Source of the DNA: Yuukianura sp. NJ FZ-2021
Taxonomy: Eukaryota
Direction: 5' to 3'
Assembly (NCBI GenBank): GCA_046563655.1
Contig: CM102289.1
Span: forward strand, 3,224,001 to 3,288,000
DNA length: 64,000 bases
Below are positions 37,007 through 47,071 of the stretch, piece after piece (positions within the stretch are counted from its first letter, which is position 1; the number at the start of each line of letters is the position of its first letter). A program made the translations under genes and the position numbers. Below the pieces are notes generated by a model that did no database searches, was not told the DNA's origin, and saw only the letters and a list, made by a program, of their open reading frames with translations.

Positions 37007-39238
37007 CAGTGATAGTTTTATGTTCTGGCCATGCAAATGAGCTTAATCTAAGCCACTCCTCCATGTCTCGGAAAAACTCCCCATCGATGTTGTTTCCCGC
37101 CGAAAGTTTGTTTCGGTTAAGAAGTTAGCGCGGCAAATAAAAGTCAACCGACGCTTTTTCTTTGCTTCTTGGCTATCAGTTTTGCTCTGCTGTTTTCTAG
37201 TAAAAGTTCACTAGTTAAACACTAAATATTATTGAATTAAGTTGCCGTACGACAATTAAAAAGTGATCTGCACGTGAATTGAGCGAGAATAACTTCAATT
37301 AAGGTGAGTGAGCCACTTCTATTGTTTTCTAATTCAGTTATTGGTACTACTGCATTGTGAGAGGGGATTTATGTCGCAAAACGAAAAAAGTTATTTGCTA
37401 ATGGCTACTATTATATTTTGTTTTGGCAGTTAAGGTATGCCTGTCCATTACTCGGAAGAGCAGCGCCTTTGCATAATTAATCTTCGGTTGGAGTACAAAG
37501 ATGAAACCAGTACCGAGCTCATGCACAAATACAATCAAAATCCTATCTCGCAAAATCGACCTATGGAGCATCCAAAAGATGTGAACCGAATTCTTAAACG
37601 ATTCTCTGAACTGGGTAACACTAAAAACCGTCGAAAATCTGGAAGACCAAAAACAGCGACAGACGAAAACTCGGCAATAGGGATTCTTGGGGCTTTTGCG
37701 GCTGATCCTCATATTTCAACCAACCAAGTTGCTCGTGATATGGGTGTTTCGCAAACGTCTGTTATGAAGGTGAAAAATCAGTACAACTGGAAGTCCTACA
37801 AACCTAGAGTCCATCAACTCCTAAAATTTACGGACTATCCTGACAGAGCCTGGTTTGCAAGAATTTGGCTTCCAATGCTAAACGGAATACCTGACTATGC
37901 GAAAAACATCGTCTTCACCGACGAAGCAACTGTAAAACTGGACGGAACTGTTAATCGGCAAAACTATAGATACTGCTCGGATACGAATCCGCATTGGAAT
38001 GTCCCAGGTTAGACTTTTAAAAAAAGGTGACTTAAAAAGGAATAGTTGTGTTTTGCAAAAAAAATCCCCTCCATAACTAATTAGTGAAAACTATGGTGGG
38101 GTATTGATGCCATGATTTTTTTTTCTTCTGATTTTAGTTAAAACTCAATCGGCCGGAAAAGTGAACCTGTGGGTTGGTCTTTTTGGTGACGAGGTGATTG
38201 GACCAATATATTTCAACGGGAATTTGACGGGACAAATGTACCTGACCATGCTACAACAACAAATTGTGCCTGCAATTTTGGCTTCAGCAACACGTCAAAA
38301 CATTCCACATGCTGACATCATTTACCAACAGGACGGTTGTGGGCCGCATTTTTCATTAATTGTACGAAACTACCTAGATCAGACTTTTCCCCAAAGGTGG
38401 ATTGGACGTGCCGGTTGGTTTCATTGGCCAGCTCGTAGCCCAGATTTTTCGCCACTTGATTATTTTGCGTTTGGGACAATGAGAGGGAATATTTTTTTAC
38501 CGCCAAGACCTGCCACTGCGTTGGACTTAATGCGACGAATTGACGATTTTTTCATGTGCACGTTACGCCTGAAAAACTCAGAAATGTAAGAGACGATTTC
38601 CGTAAACGTTTACAACTTTGTCTTCAGGAAAATGGGAGTCATTTCGAACATTTAAAATAATGTGCTTGCTACCCCTCCATATTCTGCATATTTTTTTCCA
38701 TTTCCATGTGTTTCTTGGTCAAATGTCAATGTAAAGCCGATTACTGTTGTTTACAATTTGTTATTTTAAGGCAATAAATTCACCTTTACACTATCCGTAA
38801 AGCTTAATTAATAATTAATATTTCAAAACTAATGTTTTAATACAACTTCTGGTAGGCGCAACACTCCACTGAATCTAACTTTCCGACAGAATGAACGAGT
38901 ATTTGGGTTGGGGTAAGGTGTAGTGGCCGTCACTGTATCCGCAGAGTGTAAGCATCCGTGATTTTTAGTGGCTACAACGGCTGGTGGCTACTCGGTGGCT
39001 ACTCTACGTCAACTTACGTAGCCGCTTTATGTTTGGCAAAAGGGGTAAAATTTCAGTTGCCACAGCCCTTATTGTAGTGACTAAAACAGCGGGATGCCTA
39101 CACTGTGCGGTTCCAATGACGGTCGTTGATCCTTACGGTGACCAGTATTTCCGAACCGAGAGGGGGTTTTGTTCCGAGAAATGGAGGAGTGGCTGAGATT
39201 AAGCTCATTTGCATGGCCAGAACATAAAACTATCACTG
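37007..39238 (+). mobile_element. Tc1/mariner superfamily DNA transposon, DD41D (rosa/Visitor) type, 2232 bp
   Basis: 67-bp TIRs (37007-37073 and 39172-39238, 2 mismatches) starting CAGTGATAGTTTTATG; TA at 37005-37006 and 39239-39240; internal transposase. Confidence 0.96.
37437..38660 (+). pseudogene. DD41D transposase, intron-containing, with one frameshift near the C-terminus
   Basis: Exon 37437-38007, GT-AG intron 38008-38137, exon from 38138. Motifs GRPK, VFTDEA, QQDGCGPH, WPARSPDFSPLDY with 41 residues between second and third Asp. The expected C-terminus VTPEKLRNVRDDFRKRLQLCLQENGSHFEHLK-stop lies in another frame after ~38555. Confidence 0.88.
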
Positions 39239-40589
39239 TACGGTTGGATAAAGCTACTGAATCGCCACCTAGAATGTCTTCACTTGTTCGTATGAAACGT
39301 TACGAATTTCTAGCAGGCCGAGCTCCCGATTATCGTTCCGCCACAATACAAGAGACAGCTACAGTAGTGTTACTGACCCTGTGAGATAAAGCATCTTCGG
39401 TTTAATTTAAATACAATCGGCTTATTTTTTCTCCATCCATTCCCTCCCAGGTCCCACTGTTCTGCGCAAGCGCATAATCTTCAGCGTTAACATTATCCAC
39501 TATTCCGTATGTGTATGTGACACTGCTCCATGTTCCAAGAATACTAAACGTAAATAGCAATAACAAGGATAACGAAACAACTTACGCTTTGTCGTCAGTA
39601 CTCGCTGGCGGGACTGACGATGAGTTGAGTCGATGATTGGAAAATGGGACCAAAATACCCCTAGTCCGCCTCGGTCCCGTCTAACTTCAGGTATACTGTG
39701 TCTCTGCAGTGACTTGTAAACGTACGCCGTGGTCGTATGTAAACTTTGCAAATTCGTCCAGCAGACCGCCGCGATGATCGACAGTGATGGTTGAATTTAT
39801 TTTTATTTAAATTTTAATGTCTGCTGCTGGCGAAGGAACGGTGGGTTCGTTACTGAAAAAATATTCCATCACCTCTTTTTTGCATTATGGCAGTGGCGGG
39901 AGGGGACTACGTGACTCACGAATCGTGAGCTTTACGTTTCTATATCTTTGTATACTCTTTGCCTTATATCATGTATATAACGGCGGTGAAGTCTAATATA
40001 ACCTATAAGATTCGTTGGTATAGGGCGGTTGAATTTAGGCATACCGATGACATGTACCCATACCAAGCGGGGTCTGTCTAATGGGCGTAGTACAAAATTG
40101 TCAATCAAATAAAGTACACTGCTTCTATATGCGACCGATATACCGCATACGGAAGGAGTCCTGTTGAAATGAACCAAACGGAACTCGTTGTATCCACGAC
40201 GTGTACCATGCAGTGCAGTATATCCATTACCGTTTGACTCCGAAACGCTTTCGTACTTCTGCAGCTTCTCGGCGTCGCTCCCGGTAGGATGAGAATGATC
40301 TCGCAGAAAGAAGTCCAGTTCTTTGAAGAAATGCTTGGGAGGTACGTACCATCACAGAGATCAACCCAAGGTCATATTATTGACCCTGCATTTTCATGGC
40401 TGTAGGAGTAATGTTGGCTTTATTTTGATGTATTATTTATACTCGACGATTAATTTTTAACTTTATACCAGTAAAACCTAAAAATGACTCACGCAGACGC
40501 ACCGTTGTTCAAAGATATCAAAAATGTAAAAAATCAAAATATCAAAAATCAAAATACTATGTGTAAACGTTTCCGAAATTCACGGTTTT

Positions 40590-41003
40590 TTATTCATCAG
40601 GGCGAAAGAACATTTCAAGGTTGTTTTCTTTCTCGATATCACCGTCCGATAGTCTTCTTACAGTACCCCACTCGATGAGCGTTGGAATGGAAGACAAATG
40701 GAGCTTCTTGTCGGTACGGAATGGATTTGTCGTGGCTTTCCAATCGGGTCGGTTTCCGACGTATACCCTGAGCAAAATTCCTGATGGCTTGACTGCTGGC
40801 AATACTTTCTTCAGTAGCACCTCCAGGTTCCTGCAATCTGGACACCACGAACCATTTGCCTCTTCCTCATTTCCAGTAAAAAGTGCAAAAATCCGTTGAT
40901 TTGGAGACGTAGTCGCCAATTTCTTCACTGCTTCATGAAAACCGTCATATCCGTCTGCAGTACATTCTTTCAGTTCTGGATATGACGAATTCGAGCGTGA
41001 CAT
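40590..41003 (-). CDS. TXNDC17: Thioredoxin domain-containing protein 17 (TRP14)
   Basis: 137-aa single-exon CDS with FTG...SWCPDC active site, VYVGNRPDWK..NPFR and SIPTLIEW motifs. Confidence 0.93.
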   Translation of the reverse strand: MSRSNSSYPELKECTADGYDGFHEAVKKLATTSPNQRIFALFTGNEEEANGSWCPDCRNLEVLLKKVLPAVKPSGILLRVYVGNRPDWKATTNPFRTDKKLHLSSIPTLIEWGTVRRLSDGDIEKENNLEMFFRPDE

Positions 41004-41776
41004 TGTTTTCGTCGAGCCTGCAACGTTTTGCAGCACAAACTAAAGAAAATGGCATCGTAATTGTAAATGCAATGTATATTGGGTATTAAAAATGAATTAC
41101 TATTTTACGGTGTAGATCCAATCCAACTTACTATTCGACTTTTAATTCGCAGTATTACTGATTTATTGCTACGTTACGATTTGAGCTCTTTTCTGAAGTA
41201 AAAGTTACTTAAGACTCCCTTGCCCAATGAATGAGCACAACCACTTTGAAATGAAATACTAATCCTCATAATAGACAGAAATCACTGTTTCTGCGCTGGA
41301 CTAATCCTCCGAAATGTATGAATCATGCTTGAAGTCTGGTGTGACTAATCCTCGGCTGCATTTCGCAATCGTGGTTACAAGTCTTGACAACCAAATCACA
41401 GGCAGTTATCAATATCATATCACTATCGATGTTTGAAAAGCCCTGACTGGACTCATTCTCGAAACGTTTACGGTTTTATAAATCCTCAGGATTAACGGAA
41501 TACTGTAATGGTAATTTAATTTTTGGAATTATCTAGAAACGAGCGCTTACGAAATATTGCCCCGTTTAAATACGAGGAATGAGATATCTAAGTAACGCAA
41601 ATTGGTAAATGAAATTTTACAATCTTATTGCATTGCAAAAAGTGAAACCACGTTTACATAATTTACAATTTAGTGCAAGTGTGTCCACTTTTTCAAAAAC
41701 CATTAAAATTCATTTTCCACACAAAAGCACTATATGTTGGATGTATTTCTTATATGTCATTAATGTACACTGTAAT

Positions 41777-42640
41777 TCATTTGACCTTAAGTAACATAAT
41801 GCAATACTCCGAGTGCAACTTTGGTGAGAATACTTGCAAGAACTCACCAAAGTTACTAACGTCTTCTACACTGTTGTCTAGAACAAAATTATTATGTTCC
41901 GCTTCGTAAATGGTTTCTAGATTTGTTATTTTTTTGAAATACGATTTCAGCCATTCGGCAACAGATGGTAGATCTACAACAAGGATGTATGATCCCGGAG
42001 TTGCAGCAGCAAAAAGGCGATTCAAATTTCCCCCAACTTTTTCAGCTTCACTGGCCTCCATTTCTGCAACTTGACACAGCACATAGTTGAAAACGTAGAA
42101 ACTTCCTTCCCCGTTAGATGGTGCCTTCAATGTGTCCATGTGCGAACATCCGAACAAATCCGTTTCGCTAAATTTCATACTTCGGTTGTCCCTAGCGACG
42201 TACTCGTCCCAGACATAATTTATCGTTTTCTCCCACAATTTCTTTGTGTCGTACAGGAAAAAGTTGACACTAGGTTGCAAGTTTTGCTCTTCCAGGAACA
42301 GATTGAGTCCAACCATTTCTGGAGCCGGACCACATCCAAGGATAACGAAATTTAGCGTTTCAAATTTTTTCAAAATTTCAGAAAGTGGTGTAATAGAGAG
42401 ACAGTGTTTGAACATGTAGGAATTTCGAACAAAGTAGATGATGATGTAGGCTGCCTGGGTTGTTGGCAGAGTGTAGTCGACAGTGTGGCCTCCAGAGTTG
42501 TAGTGGTCACGAATTTTTGTTGCTTCAATTGTTATCTTCTCGCGTACGTCGGGACAAACGGTTTGTTCATTGTCCATTCCCGATTCGAATAACAGTTTGT
42601 ATAAACTTTTTCGACAAAGCGAAAATATGCTGTTTGCCAT
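41777..42640 (-). CDS. Intronless class I SAM-dependent methyltransferase-like protein, copy 1 (287 aa)
   Basis: Motif I VILGCGPAPE, acidic end of strand 2 (FFLYD), SETDL, YVFNYVL, PGSYILVVD: Rossmann methyltransferase pattern. Confidence 0.8.
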   Translation of the reverse strand: MANSIFSLCRKSLYKLLFESGMDNEQTVCPDVREKITIEATKIRDHYNSGGHTVDYTLPTTQAAYIIIYFVRNSYMFKHCLSITPLSEILKKFETLNFVILGCGPAPEMVGLNLFLEEQNLQPSVNFFLYDTKKLWEKTINYVWDEYVARDNRSMKFSETDLFGCSHMDTLKAPSNGEGSFYVFNYVLCQVAEMEASEAEKVGGNLNRLFAAATPGSYILVVDLPSVAEWLKSYFKKITNLETIYEAEHNNFVLDNSVEDVSNFGEFLQVFSPKLHSEYCIMLLKVK

Positions 42641-43573
42641 TTTAAAGTCAGTACCAATTCCAACTTACTACAACTGAAAAGTGCGTTTTCTTAGTAGCGC
42701 AACGGACCTTACAAGAAAAGCGTAATGTTTTTTTAAGGATTTCAGGACGTGTTTGCGAATGGAATTGTAGCTTTGAAATGAGGATTAGCACAATTAATAA
42801 GCTATGTTTAAGTAGACGCTTTTCAAGGCGATGATATTACGCAACACGGAACATGTTTCGAAATTGGTTAGATGGTTTCTGGAGCAGTGAAACTTTTTCA
42901 TGAGGAATTGTTTGTGTTGACCTCTGACCTCAAGGAGTGGTCGTAGCCTCATAGTCCATAAGAAGAAAAATATTCCCATTATGATTCTGAACAACTTTCG
43001 TACGAGTCATTTTTGAGTTGGTCATGGGTTCCCACTTCTGTTTCTGCACTTATAGATTTTCTAGTAGATTCTCAAAAAATGGGAAGGGGGTCAACAATTT
43101 TTTTCTGCTCCAAACGTTCCAAAAACGTTTGAAATATGATAAAAAGCGCAATAAAAATACGAAAAAATATTATTATTTTTTTGAAAATGTCGAACAAAAA
43201 ACTAAGAAAAAAGTTTCACAACCCGCTTGCAAACGACAATCTAACCGCGAAACTTTTCTTTGCCTGGCTTTCATGTTCACTTTTTGTCATCGCTAGAACG
43301 TAGACATGAAACGATTATCAAATCATATTGAAATTGAATACTTCAAATTGAAATTCATATTTGAAAATGTACAAAGTGAACACATATATGGGGTAATTCA
43401 ATAAAACTTAAATGATAATTTAGTCAACACAAGGTTTACAAGATTTAATGCAAAGTATGTCCACTTTTTCAAGAATAACTTGACGGCAATTATCAATTCA
43501 AAATTTATTTTTGTTTCACAAACCACTTTTTCCTGCTCGTATATTTTTGTAAACCAATAAGGTACAATTGAAT

Positions 43574-44431
43574 TCACTTGACTTTAAGTAAAAACATACA
43601 ATACTCCGCACTTAACGTTGGTGGGTGCACTTGCAAGAACTCACCAAAGTCACTACGGTCTTCAACACTGTTACATAACACAAAATTTTTACACTCCGCG
43701 TAAATATTTTCTAGATTTGTTAATTTTTTAAAATACGACTTCAGCCATTCGGCAACACATAGTATATCTACAACAAGGACGTATGACCCCGGAGTTGCAG
43801 CAGCAAAAATGGTATTCAAATTTTCTCCAGCTTTTTCAGCTTCACTGGCCTCCATTTCTGCAAATTGACACAGCACATAGTTGAAAACGTAGAACGTTCC
43901 TTCCCCATTAGCTGGATCCTTCCATGTAACCAAGCCCGTACGCCCGAACAAATCCGTTTCGCTAAATTTCATGCTTCGGTTCTCCCGAGCGACGTATGTT
44001 TCCCATACATAACTTATCGTTTTCTCCCATGACTTCACTCTGTCGTATAAGAAAAAGTTGACACTCGGTTGCAACTTTTGTTCTTCCAGGTACAAATGGA
44101 GTCCAACCATTTCTGGAGCCGAGCCACATCCAAGGATAACGAAATTTAGCGTTTCAAATTTCTTCAAAATTTCAGAAAGTGGTGCAGTGGAGAGACAGTG
44201 TTTGACCAAGTATGCATGTCTAACAAAGTATGTGATCATGTAGGCTGCCTGGGTTGTTGGCAGTGTGTAGTAGACAGGGACACGAGCGGCGAAGCAGTCT
44301 TGAATTTTTCTTGCCTCCAGTGTTATGCTCTTGCATACGTCGGGATGAATAGTTTGTTCATTTTCCATTCCCGATTCGCATAACAGTTTGTATAAACTTT
44401 TTCGACAAAGCGAAAAGATGCTGTTCGTCAT
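43574..44431 (-). CDS. Intronless class I SAM-dependent methyltransferase-like protein, copy 2 (285 aa)
   Basis: Full-length paralogue of copy 1 (VILGCGSAPE, FFLYD, YVFNYVL, PGSYVLVVD). Confidence 0.8.
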   Translation of the reverse strand: MTNSIFSLCRKSLYKLLCESGMENEQTIHPDVCKSITLEARKIQDCFAARVPVYYTLPTTQAAYMITYFVRHAYLVKHCLSTAPLSEILKKFETLNFVILGCGSAPEMVGLHLYLEEQKLQPSVNFFLYDRVKSWEKTISYVWETYVARENRSMKFSETDLFGRTGLVTWKDPANGEGTFYVFNYVLCQFAEMEASEAEKAGENLNTIFAAATPGSYVLVVDILCVAEWLKSYFKKLTNLENIYAECKNFVLCNSVEDRSDFGEFLQVHPPTLSAEYCMFLLKVK

Positions 44432-45405
44432 TTCAAAAGTACCAGTTCCAACTTATTTTAACTATGAAAACTTGGACTGAAAAGTGCGTTCTTTTGTATT
44501 GGCGAAGCGGAACTTCCAACGGAAAAGCGTAATGCTTATGCTTTTAATGATTTAAGGACGTGCTTCCGGATAGAATTGAAGCTTTGAAATGAAGATTAGT
44601 ACAATTATAAGTCAAGTTTAAGTAGATGCCCTTTAAAGGGGATGTGATATGGAGCAACACTTACCTACGGAGCATGTGGTGAAATTGGTAAGATAGTTCC
44701 TGGGGCAGCGAAACTTTTTCATGAGGAATTGTTTGTGTAGACCTCTGACTTCAAGGAGGGGTCTTAGGGTCATAGTCCTTAGGACTAAAAATACTCCCCT
44801 TATGATTCTGAACAACTTTCATACGAGTCATTTTTGAGTTTGTCAGGGGTGCCCAGTTCAGTTTCTTGATTTGGAAAATTTTCAAGTCTACATTTCTTAA
44901 GCAATGGGAAGGGGGGACAAAAAAATTTTCTGCTCCTTTTTTCTGCTGCTTCCATTTTTTCCAAAAACGTTTTAAACATAATAAAAAGTGAAAAAAAAAA
45001 CGAAAAAAAAATATTTCTTTTTTTTTTCGAAAATATTGACCAAAAACTGAGAAAAAGTTCCATTGCCCCAGAAAACTGGGATTTAACTGGCTTTCCTCTT
45101 CAGTTTTTGTCAACGGTAGAATGTAGACATGAATCGATTACCAAAAATCATTTGTGTGTCTCCCACGGCTAAAAAAAATTCTTATTGAAAATGTACAACG
45201 TGAATCCATATATAGCTTAAATTAATAAAACTAAATAATAATTTAGTTTTATTTTAGTAGACCCATAAGGCATACAAGATTTAATAGAAGTGTGTCCACT
45301 TTTTCAAAAATCACTCGATGGCGAATCAAAATTTATTACTTTTTTTTTATTACTAACGTTATTCTGGACGTAAATTTTTTGTAAACCAATAATTTACAAT
45401 TGAAT

Positions 45406-46263
45406 TCACTTGACTTTAAGTAAAAGCATACAATACTCCGCAGTTAACTTTGGTGGGTGCACTTGCAAGAACTCACCAAAGTCACTACGGTCTTCAACAC
45501 TGTTACATAAGACAAAAATTTTACGCTCCTCGTAAATATTTTCTAGATTTGTTAATCTATTGAAATACAATTTCAGCCAATCGGCAACAGATAGTGTGTC
45601 TATAACAAGGACGTATGATCCCGGAGTTGCAGCGGCAAAAATGTGATTCAAATTTTCCCCAACTTTTTCAGCTTTACTGGCCTCCATTTCCGCAACTTGA
45701 CACAGCACATAGTTGAAAACGTAGAACGTTCCTTCACCATTAGCTGGCGCCTTCCATGTGCCCATCCACGAACGCCCGAACAAATCCTGTTCGCTAAATT
45801 TCATGCTTCGGTTCTCCCGAGCGACCTATGTTTCCCATACATAATTTATCGTTTTCTCCCACAATTTCTTTGTGTCGTACAGGAAAAAGTTGACGCTAGG
45901 TTGCAACTTTTGTTCTTCCAGGAACAGATTGAGTCCAACCATTTCAGGAGCCGGGCCACATCCAAGGACAACGAAATTTAGCGTTTCAAATTTCTTCAAA
46001 ATTTCAGAAAGTGGTGCAATAGAAAGGCATTGTTTGAACAAGTAGGAATTTCGAACAAAGTAGGTGATGATGTAGGCTGCCTGGGTTGTTGGCAGAGAGT
46101 AGTCGACAGGAACGCCAGCGGCGTAGGAGTTTTGAATTTTTCTTGCCTCCAGTGTTATGGTCTCGCTTACGTCGGGACAAATGGTTTCTTCATTTTCCAT
46201 TCCCGATTCACATAACAATTTATATAAACTTTTTCGACAAATCGAAAATATACTCTTCGTCAT
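45406..46263 (-). pseudogene. Methyltransferase-like copy 3 with single premature stop
   Basis: Same length and frame as copy 2, but codon 146 is TAG (45826-45828) where copies 1 and 2 have TAC (Tyr). Confidence 0.85.
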
Positions 46264-47071
46264 TTCAAAAGTACCAATTCTTATTTTAACACAACGAGAA
46301 ATTGAACTGAAGAGTGCGTTTTATTAGTGAAGCGGCGGAACTTACAAACGGAAAACCGTATAATGTTTTTTAATAATTTAGGGACGTGTTTGAGAATGGA
46401 CTTGCAGTTTTGAAATGAGGATTAGTACAATCACTAAGCTAAGTTTAAGTAGACGTTTTTCAAAAACGACGTCATATGATGCAACACCTACTTAACAGGT
46501 TGCATCATTTGCCACAGCTTTTCTTTGCTTATAGTTTTCTTCACTTATTGTCACCGGTAGAATGTAGCCATGGCTTTTGGCTACAAACACTTGGTAGTAT
46601 GCGGAAATATTTTGGCCAATTTTGGGAGAATTTTGTTTTATCCTCAGCGCTTGTGCATTGGGCCAACCTTTCCCCCGCCTGGGGCGTTCTTATTAAGAAG
46701 GTGAAAGGTTACTCTAAACGGGCTGCTCGAACCAAATGTCAAGGTCAACGGTACTGCATTTCCAATGATAATGTGTACCTCTTCGTAATGGTGCGTATGT
46801 ATGCTAATCATTGATTGAGTTCAATTGAACTTGCATTCGAATTACCCAAATGATTTCATGCTGAACAAGTTTCTTTAGTAGTGCGTTTTGAACAACCAGT
46901 TTTTGGAGGCACTATAAGAAAGAATTCGCACTTGTCTCTTTGTGTTATAAACTTTGATCACCTCAATTTCTCAAAGATCTCAGTTGACAGTTTTTGAAAC
47001 ATTTTATTCGCAACAATTCTTTTAATCTAAGTGGTTCTTCAACACAAATATTTCTAAGTCAAAAAAGTAAA

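Larger units (their letters stand above)
41600..46572. repeat. Tandem triplication, ~1.8-kb unit (methyltransferase gene plus flanks); boundaries approximate
   Basis: CDS and non-coding flanks repeat, e.g. TGAAATGA(G/A)GATTAG at ~42775/44585/46411 and AGAA(C/T)GTAG(A/C)CATG at ~43296/45118/46559. Confidence 0.9.

Noticed and set aside
38660..39171. Fanzor/TnpB cargo or guide RNA in the Tc1/mariner element
   Set aside because: No RuvC-like ORF in the element; only the foldback is supported.
41258..41353. CRISPR-like repeat-spacer pattern
   Set aside because: Repeat is only 10 bp with three exact copies, no cas genes, eukaryotic context; kept only as a motif cluster.
42794..44815. Similar short ORFs MFRII...LRPLLEVRG (42794-42994, 44633-44815)
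   Set aside because: Explained by the duplicated upstream block; ends differ and no coding signal.
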